In this document: positions 1 through 9,624 of the stretch, in pieces
Layout of the letters: each line of letters begins with the position of its first letter
How positions within the stretch are numbered: the first letter of the stretch is position 1
Source: Prevotella phage Lak-C1
Reading direction: 5' to 3' (one strand)
Sequence record: MK250029.1
Length of the DNA: 32,000 nucleotides
Program-made: the position numbers and the translations under genes
The notes under the pieces: generated by a model
Told to the model about the DNA's origin: nothing
Seen by the model: the letters and a program-made list of their open reading frames with translations, nothing else
The model's database searches: none

Positions 1-35
1 GGAACCACTATTTAAAATAAATTAAATTATATTAT

Positions 36-632
36 ATGTTAACTACTATTAATGAGTTATTTGTTTTTGTACCTGCTGGTATGGGACAAACCTTTATTAA
101 GCGTTATGCTACAGATGAAGCGTACAAACATAAAATTTCATTTGTTGAAGAAACAGGAGAGATCTATACAAATGGGAAATGTTTTGGAACTAATTATAAA
201 TCTGCTATTGATGAATTATCTGGAAAGGTTTAGGAAGTTAAAGAAAAGAATACAGAACTTGCTGAACTTCTAAAAGGATTTAATCCCGACTCAATTAAAA
301 CAATTAATGACTGGATTAAACAACATGGTACTGATTTTACAACATTATCTGGTAAAGTAACAAATAATAAAGAAAATATTGATAAATTAAAGGGTGATGT
401 TGAAAAAATACAAAAGGATTTAGCAGACTTAAATAATATATCTATTTGGACAGAATTTGTTGTAGATACCGACATGCCACCTGTTACAGAAACAACAAAA
501 ATAATCGAGACTAAAGAAGCACTTGATACATTAGAAAATACAGAAAACGAAGATATTGCTGTAACATCTAATGAAGCTATGGAATATTTCCATAATAAGG
601 ACGCAAAAACATTTAAAAATATAACACTTTAA
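36..632 (+). CDS. Putative phage structural/tail-associated protein with coiled-coil segment; one in-frame TAG (231-233)
   Basis: ATG at 36 after an in-frame TAA at 18; the frame continues through TAG to TAA at 630-632. The region after the TAG keeps coding character (EVKEKNTELAELLKGFNPDSIKTINDW...). Confidence 0.7.
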
Positions 633-638
633 TAAATT

Positions 639-1340
639 ATGGGAAAGCTTATAAATGGAACAGATGCATGGTATTTAAATGCTGTTTAGAAAATATATAT
701 ATCAGATTTAACTGTTGATGGTACAAAGAACCCAGCTACAAATGGCAAGATTGTTTTTAATTGTGAATCTGCAGTATTTAAAAATATAAGTCTTACTGAT
801 AAATGTACAGTTTATAATGTTTTTGAATAGGTTCAAACAAAAACACAAATTAAAAATGTAAAAATGGAAAACGTAAAAGCATTTCCATCATTAGCACACA
901 ATATTTTAAATTTATATAATATTGCAGATAATGCAACAATTGAAATTTCAGATTGTGATTTGGATTTGAATGTTGCTAACACAAATCCAGTACGTTTATC
1001 TAATTTAAGTAACGCATCAAATGTAACTATAACATTTAAAAATGTAAATTGGACATATGACAATATGACTATCACAGAAGATGGTAAAAAATGGGCTGGA
1101 CTTATTTTAATACAACCATTTAGTACAGATAAAGCAGATTATAAAAGAAAAGGTACAGATCAGACATTAGAATTCTATAAGAGTTGGAATTTCATCTTTG
1201 ATAATTGTACATACAACGGTGAAAAAGTAACAGCAAATAATTTTGGTACAAAACAGCAAGTTATTTGTCCATGTGATATTAATGCAAATGCACAAGTTGA
1301 AGATGCAGAAAAATTAGGATTTAAAATAACATTTAAATAA
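639..1340 (+). CDS. Putative phage structural protein; in-frame TAGs at 687 and 828
   Basis: ATG 639 to TAA 1338-1340 in one frame when TAG is sense (MGKLINGTDAWYLNAVQKIYISDLTVDG...). The ORF track only shows the last part. Confidence 0.65.
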
Positions 1341-1358
1341 TATATAATATATTAATAA

Positions 1359-1390
1359 AAAAGGATACATACGGAAATATGTATCCTTTT
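1359..1390. terminator. Bidirectional intrinsic-terminator-like hairpin between convergent genes
   Basis: aaaaggatacata / tatgtatcctttt inverted repeat with flanking A/T tracts. Confidence 0.75.
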
Positions 1391-1395
1391 TATAT

Positions 1396-1788
1396 TTAAA
1401 CTAATTCATAATATGTCAATACTTTACAATATCCACAATCCCATGAATCATAATAAAATCCATTTATACATGCTACTACATGTCCTCTTAAATTTAATAA
1501 AAAATGACCATTATTATGTTGTTTAACAAATTCACTTACTGTTAAACGATGCTGTCCTTTATGCAGTTTCCCAAATGAACGTTTAATATAACCATGATTC
1601 TTTAACCAAAGTTCTATAATTTTCCATTCATTTGGCATACGTTTCTTTTTTCTACCTAAATCACAAAGTTCATCATAACATGTTATCCAATCTCTATCAG
1701 TCAATTTCATCATTGCACGTATTGCACAATCATCTGCATTCTTCTTTTGGGATTCAAATTTTATATAACGGTCATTCATAATAAACAA
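1396..1788 (-). CDS. Putative papain-like/C39-like cysteine peptidase fold protein
   Basis: QKKNADDCAIRAM (Q...DC) followed by GHVVACING and YDSWD, a Cys-His-Asp arrangement. Confidence 0.45.
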   Translation of the reverse strand: MFIMNDRYIKFESQKKNADDCAIRAMMKLTDRDWITCYDELCDLGRKKKRMPNEWKIIELWLKNHGYIKRSFGKLHKGQHRLTVSEFVKQHNNGHFLLNLRGHVVACINGFYYDSWDCGYCKVLTYYELV

Positions 1789-1867
1789 TATAAATTTATA
1801 TAATAATATATTAAACTATTTCTTAAAACGATAAAATCTGGAAACACACCATTCCCAGATTTTACTA

Positions 1868-2821
1868 TTACATATCATATTCATGTTTCTTATCTAATTC
1901 AGAATCGATTACTTTATAAAAGTCATATATATATTGATTAAAATAATCATTAAAGAAATTATATATTTTCTTTGCAGTTATCTTATCATTTCTTGTTAAT
2001 TTATAATCGAACCTTTTTATCTTTTCAATATAATCTTTATCAATTCCAAAATCTCTTACATTCAATTTTGTTAAGAAATAACCTAAATAAAATACAGGTC
2101 TTATCTCATTAGGATCTTCATCCATAAAATGGAATAAAAAGAAATAAAATAAATTATAATAATTAGAATCAATAAAATTATTAATTAATGTACATACACG
2201 TTTAAATCCATGATTACCGTAACATATTAAATCAATCTGCTGTTGTGTTAACGCATTTACTTTATTTTGTATACATTCAATTCTATTCAATTTTTCTGAT
2301 GGAGATAATAATGATAACATTCTTGTAGCAAATAAAAAATCTACAGATGATATATCAATATCATTTTTCAAATAATGTACAAGTGTCATATTATCTTTTA
2401 TATATACTCTATGTGTTAAACAGAATTCTAAATAAAATAATTGAGTTCTTAGATAATGTTTATATTTGTTAATATCTGTAGATACATAATGTACATTTAT
2501 AAAAATATACATACCATCATCATTTAATTTAATATCTACATATTGATAATCATTTTCATCATAATAATGAACATATATAGGAACAGTATCACCATTTTGT
2601 GTCATACAACCATATATGGCATACATACTTTCTGAATTCAATTCATATTTAATTGATAACTCAAATTCATGTTCAAAATTTTCTTCTATTGCAATATCAA
2701 TAGCTTCATCTGCAATTTTTGTATGAATTAAAGAGCATTTTGAATAAAATTCTTTTAATGAATTATATCTATATGTAGGAATTATTTCTCGTATTTTATT
2801 TACAATACATTTATTAAACAT
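1868..2821 (-). CDS. Hypothetical protein, 317 aa
   Basis: Long ORF without TAG, TAA stop. Confidence 0.7.
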   Translation of the reverse strand: MFNKCIVNKIREIIPTYRYNSLKEFYSKCSLIHTKIADEAIDIAIEENFEHEFELSIKYELNSESMYAIYGCMTQNGDTVPIYVHYYDENDYQYVDIKLNDDGMYIFINVHYVSTDINKYKHYLRTQLFYLEFCLTHRVYIKDNMTLVHYLKNDIDISSVDFLFATRMLSLLSPSEKLNRIECIQNKVNALTQQQIDLICYGNHGFKRVCTLINNFIDSNYYNLFYFFLFHFMDEDPNEIRPVFYLGYFLTKLNVRDFGIDKDYIEKIKRFDYKLTRNDKITAKKIYNFFNDYFNQYIYDFYKVIDSELDKKHEYDM

Positions 2822-2858
2822 TGTATTAACTAATGTTATTTAATATATTTATTAATAA

Positions 2859-3077
2859 TTACTTATATCTATATGAAATACGTCCCTTCGTCAAATCATA
2901 TGGAGACATCTCTACCTTTACCTTATCTCCTGTAATAAGTTTAATATAATTCATTCTAAGTTTACCAGCAAGTACACAACTAATTTCAAATCCGTTTTCT
3001 AACTCTACTTTGAATCTTGTACTTGGAAGACATTCTGTAATAATGCCATTCATTTCTAATGCTTTTTCTTTTGCCAT
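2859..3077 (-). CDS. infA: Translation initiation factor IF-1
   Basis: [72 protein letters not shown] matches the bacterial IF-1 pattern end to end (S1/OB fold, FRVELENG, GKMRxxYI, GDKVxVExSPYDLxKGRI). Confidence 0.97.
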   Translation of the reverse strand: MAKEKALEMNGIITECLPSTRFKVELENGFEISCVLAGKLRMNYIKLITGDKVKVEMSPYDLTKGRISYRYK

Positions 3078-3095
3078 GTTAAATTATCAATTTTA

Positions 3096-3290
3096 TTATT
3101 CATATGAGAAATAAATATCATGAGTTTTATACTCATCATTCTCATCAAATACAGATATATTTATCTTATTTCCTTTAATACGTTTAATAAACAACTTTAT
3201 AATATCTTTAAACGTTAATTCTATACCTTCAATATAAGGACCTTTTTCTGAAATCCTTTTTTCTACAATAAGTTTGTTTTGTAAATCCAT
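3096..3290 (-). CDS. Hypothetical small protein
   Basis: ORF with TAA stop. Confidence 0.5.
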   Translation of the reverse strand: MDLQNKLIVEKRISEKGPYIEGIELTFKDIIKLFIKRIKGNKINISVFDENDEYKTHDIYFSYE

Positions 3291-3307
3291 AATAATTATA
3301 AATAGTT

Positions 3308-3526
3308 TTATGAAGAAATTTTACGTAATTTATTAATTTGACAATTAGTATTTTTTTGAATATCAGTTAGTCGTTCTTGTCCATATATATTTAAACCATG
3401 TTTATGAATATTAAAACATATATACAAATTTAAAATATTATTATTAAGTGTTTCTATATTTTGTTCTAATATATCTAATCTGTCTTGAACATGTTTTAAC
3501 TTTGTTTTTTTCTTAAATTTAATCAT
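3308..3526 (-). CDS. Small coiled-coil protein, MIKFKxK tandem family member 1
   Basis: MIKFKKKTKLKHVQDRLDILEQ...HKHG; shares N-terminus with the next three ORFs. Confidence 0.65.
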   Translation of the reverse strand: MIKFKKKTKLKHVQDRLDILEQNIETLNNNILNLYICFNIHKHGLNIYGQERLTDIQKNTNCQINKLRKISS

Positions 3527-3528
3527 AA

Positions 3529-3726
3529 TTAAAGTATTGGACTACCAGTTGAATATTTTGTATACATTCTATGCCTATGTGAATTAAATTTATTACGTAA
3601 ACATTCATAATTTTTAATCATATCTTCTTGTGTATCAGTTAGATTTTTTAATGTATCTAATATATTATCAATAGAATTTTCTATAACAGATATACGATCT
3701 TTTTTCTTTTCTTTAAATTTAATCAT
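3529..3726 (-). CDS. Small coiled-coil protein, MIKFKxK tandem family member 2
   Basis: MIKFKEKKKDRISVIENSIDNILDTLKN...HRHRMYTK. Confidence 0.65.
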   Translation of the reverse strand: MIKFKEKKKDRISVIENSIDNILDTLKNLTDTQEDMIKNYECLRNKFNSHRHRMYTKYSTGSPIL

Positions 3727-3940
3727 ATGGTATTAATTTATGAAAACTAATGTGTTGTTGCATTGCTTTTTCTGATATATGACTTTTTGTATAATGATTA
3801 TGATTCAAACAAAATTGTCTTAATGAATCCGTATTATGATCTAATGCTTTAATGTTAGAATCATATGAATTAATTAAACTAATGAATTTGTTATATTCAT
3901 CTATTGTTAATTCTTTTTTCTTTTCCTTAAATCTAATCAT
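3719..3940 (-). CDS. Small coiled-coil protein, MIKFKxK tandem family member 3
   Basis: Internal Met of the 3719..3991 ORF gives MIRFKEKKKELTIDEYNKFISLI...HNHY; this start sits just after the upstream stop at 3942. Confidence 0.6.
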   Translation of the reverse strand: MIRFKEKKKELTIDEYNKFISLINSYDSNIKALDHNTDSLRQFCLNHNHYTKSHISEKAMQQHISFHKLIPYD

Positions 3941-3941
3941 A

Positions 3942-4175
3942 TTACATTTTATATTCAACCTTTTCATCTGTTCTATGTGAACATGTTTCAATCATACCAC
4001 ACTCAACAATATGTGAATGCCTGTTATATGCTGTTTTAAACCTTGTAAGATCCAAATATATCTTTTTAATTTTATCTTTTATTTGTTTTTGATCATTCAT
4101 GATATTATCTAAAAACTCATAAATATCAGATAATTCATCTCTAATAGGTTTATCTTTCTTTTTAAATTTAATCAT
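3942..4175 (-). CDS. Small coiled-coil protein, MIKFKxK tandem family member 4
   Basis: MIKFKKKDKPIRDELSDIYEFLDNIMNDQKQIKDKI...HSH. Confidence 0.65.
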   Translation of the reverse strand: MIKFKKKDKPIRDELSDIYEFLDNIMNDQKQIKDKIKKIYLDLTRFKTAYNRHSHIVECGMIETCSHRTDEKVEYKM

Positions 4176-4194
4176 TATTAAATTATAATTAAAA

Positions 4195-4695
4195 TTATCG
4201 AGTAATAGAAATATTCAAATCATCAAATACATTCTGATCTGCAAGAAGAATCCATCTATATTTTCCATCAGCTAAACCACATTTTCCAACAATACAATTA
4301 TCAGATGCATAGATATAGTAATATTGCTCTCCTATACCTCTTGTTCCATATGATTTAATCCATTTTGACTCATCTATAAATTTATCAATATCAAAGATTT
4401 TTGTAACATTCTTATTATAATTACCAAATATACAATACCAATTATAATCGTCATATTTCTCATCTATGGCTTTTAATTTCATTTCCTTAATAACATCTAG
4501 TATTTTACTAAAAAGTGTCTTAGAAATGAAATCTGATGCTTTATATCGAGGATATTTATTAACAAGACTATTATCATTCATTGACGTAACAAATACTTTC
4601 CAGTTAACTGGATTAAAACAACTCTTTGCTTGCTCCTCTCTTTTATTTGTTGTCTCAAATAATATATTCATCGTATCTCTTATCTCTTTATTCAT
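4195..4695 (-). CDS. Hypothetical protein, 166 aa
   Basis: ORF without TAG. Confidence 0.6.
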   Translation of the reverse strand: MNKEIRDTMNILFETTNKREEQAKSCFNPVNWKVFVTSMNDNSLVNKYPRYKASDFISKTLFSKILDVIKEMKLKAIDEKYDDYNWYCIFGNYNKNVTKIFDIDKFIDESKWIKSYGTRGIGEQYYYIYASDNCIVGKCGLADGKYRWILLADQNVFDDLNISITR

Positions 4696-4747
4696 TATAC
4701 TATTATAGTAATATTTAAATTAATTATTATAATAATTAAAAATAAAA

Positions 4748-4777
4748 AAGTCTATAACCATACAAAGTTATAGACTT
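4748..4777 (-). terminator. Intrinsic-terminator-like hairpin downstream of the homing endonuclease gene
   Basis: AAGTCTATAA-N10-TTATAGACTT followed by a T run on the minus strand. Confidence 0.75.
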
Positions 4778-4784
4778 AAATTTA

Positions 4785-5666
4785 TTATGCTTGTTTCTTA
4801 TTTAATGCATAAAAATAATTCTTTAATTCAGAAAATGAAAAGAATTCTAAATAATTTAAACCATGTTTTTCTGCAATTTTTCTTTTCATAATATCTCTAT
4901 TTGTCCATACATCAATAGCAGAAATATAATAATCTTTTTCTTTCGATCTCTTTTTCCATAAATTTAATTTCTTAATATCGTCAGGATTGTTTTTATCAAA
5001 ACAATGTTTACCATGTGTCCAATGAAAATTACATTCAATATATAAATCGTTATCTGCAATATAAAAATCACACGCAAATGGATAATCTTCAGACTTATAT
5101 TGTCTTCTAATATCATTATACATTGTTTTCAGAAGTTCATATACTTTATCTTCCTCTTTTGAACATGTATGTGTTTTATGTTTTGTCTTAGATTCATGTA
5201 TTTTGTCTATTGTTGATTGTAATTGTGTAGGATATTCAACACCATATTTTTCTAAATTATGTTCAATAGTACTTTGTTTAATTAACTCTGATTTTTGAAC
5301 GTTATCAACTCCATATTTTTTTAATACGGTTTCTTTACGTTTTTCTTTTACATAGTCGCTAGCTAATGCCATTTCAGTACCATAACGTTCTAAATTTGTT
5401 GCTTTAATTTTATCCCAAACTTTCTATGATTTTGCGGGGTTATCTACACCATATCTTTCTATACATGTTTTCTTTATTTTCTCTTTAACACTTTCTAATT
5501 GAAATGGATTTGAAACACCAAAACGATTAAAAAATGTTTGTTTAGATAATGTAGATATACATTTTTGATTTCCACAAGTTTTATTATAATGTCCATGCGA
5601 CTATTTACATATATTACCACATATAGGACATTTAGGTATATTAGTATTATTTATATTCTATTCCAT
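4785..5666 (-). CDS. Phage homing endonuclease with N-terminal zinc-finger and repeated ERYGVxNPxxS DNA-binding motifs; TAG codons at 5424, 5601, 5658
   Basis: With TAG=Q: MEQNINNTNIPKCPICGNICKQSHGHYNKTCGNQKCISTLSKQTFFNRFGVSNPFQLESVKEKIKKTCIERYGVDNPAKSQKVWDKIKATNLERYGTEMALASDYVKEKRKETVLKKYGVDNVQKS..., then a nuclease-like C-terminal domain. Confidence 0.85.
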
Positions 5667-5673
5667 AACATTA

Positions 5674-7224
5674 TTAAATATTTTGTTTTCGATGCTCAAG
5701 AATATGCTTCAATTCTTCATATTCTGTATTCGCTATTTTCTTATCCATTTTTGCTGCCTTTCGCAATGCAAAATAATGTGTAAGAATTGCAGGAACCACA
5801 GCATCCGGATCTTTTTTATAAACAGCACCGGAACATGTTTTAATTTCATCAGATTTCGGTATATAATTCTCATCTTTAAACAAAAATGATTCTGGTGAAA
5901 TCTGGAACTGCCTCATGATACTCGGATATAGGGAAGCGAAATCCAGTCCACCTATGTATTTGAAGATACCGGGTCTAGTAGGCCACACAAAAGCTCCATT
6001 ATATGAGTCAGATTCTGAATTGTCTGTTTTTTTATAAGATTTCTCTGGTATTACTTTATAATTTGGATACACAAAGTTACACATTACGACATGTGTAGGT
6101 TGAATTGTTGAGAATGCAACATTTAATTCAAGTCTGAGTTCACATGCGAGCATATACCAGATTTCAGCAGTTTTTAGGAATTTATCGATATGTTCTACCA
6201 ATATTGTATCGATGCAATTATAAAATACATATTCTTTGAAATGTTCTTCATAGAATTCTTTGAATCCCCAAGGGTGATTAACTTTTTTGATGCCTAATGC
6301 TTTTTCTGCAACGAAGTCAAGTGTATTATTTTCTTTAGGTTGAATTGTCATATCCCATGTTTTATATACGAGTAAGTAGTCATATATAATTTTGTGCATT
6401 GGGACTTTAACATTAATTGTTTTACCTCCAGCGCGTGGTGTAATTTTAAAGTTTGTAAATGTTCTGGTAGGAGATATTCTTTCAATATCAATATTATTGA
6501 TTTTGCATCTATTATAGATATATAACCAGTCGAATCCAAGGAAATTCCAACCAGACATTGCAGTAATTGGTGTGATGAAGTCTATGAAGTCTTCAAGCAT
6601 TTCTCTTTCAGTAGGGAAATATCTGAATTCGAATTTATATCCTTTAGTTATATGGGTACCATTATTTTTTTCTGAATATTGTTCTATTTGTTCTTGAACC
6701 CAAATTTTTTCTTCTTCTGTTAGATTTTTTCTGGACCAAATAATTGTTTGTGGAAATTTGGTCATTGATATTGTATTGATTCTTGTAGATGCTTCTTCTG
6801 GATCAGGAAAACCATCTTCAGAAACTTCTGTTTCAATATCGCACCACCATGTTGGCGGAATATTCATTTCAAATAATGGGTCAACTGCTTTTCCGAATGA
6901 ATTTAGAATTTCATTTATACGAAGTTCTGGAAGTTTATCTACAGGATTTCTTCTAACCCATTTATTATCATATGATTTCCATTGATGCATAACAGGAGTT
7001 CCATCGGGATTGAACTTATATTGTTTTGTTGCAAAATCATATTCTTGAAATGGTTTATCTGCATTTGCTTTATTTGTATATTTCCATTCGAACATTGATT
7101 CTTTAGGAACAGGATATTGTAAAAATTTAACATCTCCTTTTTTATCTACATATGAAACAAGTAATTTCTTTGTAGGTGTTCCATCTGGTAATATAAAATC
7201 TATCTATTCTTTATTAATAATCAT
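5674..7224 (-). CDS. Family B (T4 gp43-like) DNA polymerase, N-terminal part: exonuclease domain plus motif A; in-frame TAG at codon 7 (7204-7206)
   Basis: MIINKE[TAG]IDFILPDGTPTKKLLVSYVDKKGDVKF...WCDIETE (Exo I), FNFLGFDW-type Exo II region, FVYNCIDT-like Exo III region, GGLDFASLYPSIMRQF (motif A). TAA stop soon after, before any NSxYG or DTDS motif. Confidence 0.92.
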
Positions 7225-7279
7225 ACTTATATTAATGATATATTTTGCTAATAATTATAGTAAGTTAATCAGTATAAGT

Positions 7280-7888
7280 TTAGATTACTTTACTGATTAA
7301 CTTAAGTTTTAATGCTTCATCTGCTGTTATTACCCAGTCTTTTTTCTTATCGTAAATATCATCAAGATCTGCTTTTGTAATTGCTGTTTCTTTCATGAAT
7401 AAATCAAATATCATATCATTTAAGCGTTTTGCTTCTTTAACAGAATCTTCAAGTTCAGCGACTTGACCAACAGCAAGAGATGAAACTGTATGAATCATAA
7501 ATGTTGTATTTTTATATGCAAATCGTTGTTCATATGGAACAGAGAGAAGAATAAATGTGCCTGAGGATAGACATGCGCCAACTGCATATATATTGACTTT
7601 ACAATGGTTATTAAGATTTCTTAACATATCATGTATAGCCCAACCATCATAACATGCGCCACCAAAAGTATTAAGATATACATTTACATCAGGCGGAATA
7701 ATTTTTTCCTTTAACTTTTGATTAAATGTATCTTCTAATATTTTGGTATTTTCTTTTATTATTTTATTATCTTTTATTATTAAGTTATTACAAAATTTAA
7801 TAGTATCAAATGATGTATCATGATTTATATCATCATTAATATAAAATACTCTGTCAGATAAATTGAATGTTTGTAATTCGTTTGTCAT
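7280..7888 (-). CDS. ClpP-like serine protease (possible prohead protease)
   Basis: VYLNTFGGACYDGWAIHDML, GACLSSGTFILLS (nucleophile Ser region), TTFMIHTVSS (His region). Confidence 0.85.
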   Translation of the reverse strand: MTNELQTFNLSDRVFYINDDINHDTSFDTIKFCNNLIIKDNKIIKENTKILEDTFNQKLKEKIIPPDVNVYLNTFGGACYDGWAIHDMLRNLNNHCKVNIYAVGACLSSGTFILLSVPYEQRFAYKNTTFMIHTVSSLAVGQVAELEDSVKEAKRLNDMIFDLFMKETAITKADLDDIYDKKKDWVITADEALKLKLISKVI

Positions 7889-7954
7889 CTAATTTATTAT
7901 TATAATTTAACTTTATATGTTATATAAAGAAAATTAACTTTTGTTTGAAATAAA

Positions 7955-7986
7955 AAAGGATATTACATTGTTGTGTAATATCCTTT
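7955..7986 (-). terminator. Intrinsic-terminator-like hairpin
   Basis: aaaggatattac / gtaatatccttt inverted repeat, with a T run on the minus strand. Confidence 0.75.
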
Positions 7987-8000
7987 AATATATTAATTTT

Positions 8001-8606
8001 TTATCTTCTACCACCAAAATGTCCGGTTCCTCTATTATTTGATGGGAAATGTCCTTGTGTTACTCTTGTTGAACTTCTTCTGGAACCAAAACCATTAGGT
8101 CTCCCATTAGATGGTTGACTATTAAAATTTGGTCTTCGATCCATTGGTGGACGTTGCTGATTTCCAAATGATGGTCTATGATTTGGTTTACCATAATTAA
8201 ATGGTGGTCGACCATCATGTGGTCTTCCATAATTTGGATTTCTATATGGTCTCATTGGTGGACGTTTAAATTCATAATCACGTGGGCCAGGTCTCATATA
8301 ATGTCTATAACCCGGATTATAATGATATACATATCCATGAGGTCTACAATAATGAGATGGATAGAAATACCAATAATTATTATATCTATATGGATAATAA
8401 TATATACCTCTATATAAATAGTAACTTAAAACATTATCAATATAATATGGTGTTCCATATCTAACAACTGTTGAAAATGTAACAGATGGTGTTGTATATG
8501 TATCATCATATTCATAGGGTGATTGTGCAGATGCATATGTAGTTGAACAAGATGCAAATGTAATTACAGTAATTAGCAGAATCAAAAAATATTTAATCTT
8601 ATTCAT
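8001..8606 (-). CDS. Secreted lipoprotein with Tyr/Pro/Arg/Gly-rich low-complexity body
   Basis: MNKIKYFLILLITVITFASCSTTYASA = SPII signal with lipobox FASC; C-terminal half rich in RPPM, GRP and GRR. Confidence 0.75.
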   Translation of the reverse strand: MNKIKYFLILLITVITFASCSTTYASAQSPYEYDDTYTTPSVTFSTVVRYGTPYYIDNVLSYYLYRGIYYYPYRYNNYWYFYPSHYCRPHGYVYHYNPGYRHYMRPGPRDYEFKRPPMRPYRNPNYGRPHDGRPPFNYGKPNHRPSFGNQQRPPMDRRPNFNSQPSNGRPNGFGSRRSSTRVTQGHFPSNNRGTGHFGGRR

Positions 8607-8735
8607 ATCTTTAAAATTTTTAATATTTATATATTAGTATATGTAAAAATGCTATGGGTAAATTCATATTTGTTAATATGAAATACCATATATTTTTATA
8701 TTACAAAGATACATAAAATATTTTAATTATGAAAA

Positions 8736-9485
8736 TTAAATATCAAAATGTTGATCATCATTTGTTTTACCAAATGGTAAATTATATGTTCCTTGTAATT
8801 TACAATTTTGACCAGTAAAATAAAATAGTTTTATAGTATATCCATAATTCCACTCTTCTCCATCATAATATTTTATTGCTTTATTTTCTCCTGCAATATA
8901 TAAATTACTCATATATATATGGTCAGGATATGGATCAGATGAATTAGTATAATAACATTCCATTGTACATAAAGGATATATAGAAGATTTAATTTTAATT
9001 GCACTCCAAGAAGATGGCGAGTCTGTTAATGTACCATTAGAGACAATAGATGGATATACACCATTACTACCTATGTTTCTTATAAATACCTTATATGTGT
9101 AAGTTACTGATGTGCTTTTCTTTTGTTGTAATATAGTAAATAGCGGTGTACCATTATAACTAAATGTAATAGTTCTAGTTTCTTTACTGATTGGTATAGT
9201 TAAATATATAGGTCTAACTGTTGACATATCTTCAAAAGATATATCAGATGTTTTATCATTTGTTAACTGTGCATTACAGTCAGAGTAGTTAGACGTTAAT
9301 GAATACACTTTATGATCACCTAATGTTCCTATAAAATTTCCATCATCTGCTTGTAAGCCAAAAAAAACTTTTTTACTATTTTTTGTAGTATTATCAAATA
9401 ATTTTGTAGTTAAATACCCTTCTGTTAGTGTATCTGCAGAAACTGTTATTATATTATTGTTTGTATATTTCTAAAATTTAGACAT
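8736..9485 (-). CDS. Hypothetical protein, possible virion/surface component; TAG at codon 5 (9471-9473)
   Basis: MSKF[TAG]KYTNNNITVSADTLTEGYLTTKLFDNTTKNSKKVFFGLQADDGNFIGTLGDHKVYSLTSN... one frame to TAA at 8736. Confidence 0.6.
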
Positions 9486-9577
9486 AAAATTATAATTTAT
9501 TTTTATATCTACATCTAATTATGAAATACAATAAGTTATTATACATATCTAATAAAAGAATTTAAATTATAAAAATA

Positions 9578-9617
9578 AATGGTTAGATTCTTTATTTCGT
9601 TTAAGAATCTAACCATT
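9578..9617. terminator. Strong inverted repeat, terminator-like
   Basis: aatggttagattctt / aagaatctaaccatt. Confidence 0.75.
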
Positions 9618-9624
9618 TTCTTAT

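Noticed and set aside
4785-5674. Simple group I intron in the DNA polymerase with the endonuclease as intron ORF
   Set aside because: No downstream exon encoding NSxYG/DTDS motifs was found before the window edge, and I could not identify P3/P7 core elements by eye. Kept as split gene, not called as intron.
5683-5889. Plus-strand ORFs opposite DNA polymerase and other genes (e.g. 5565..5783, 5683..5889, 6348..6539)
   Set aside because: They lie antisense to strongly supported coding frames and show no recognisable protein features; likely by-products of AT-rich reverse strands.
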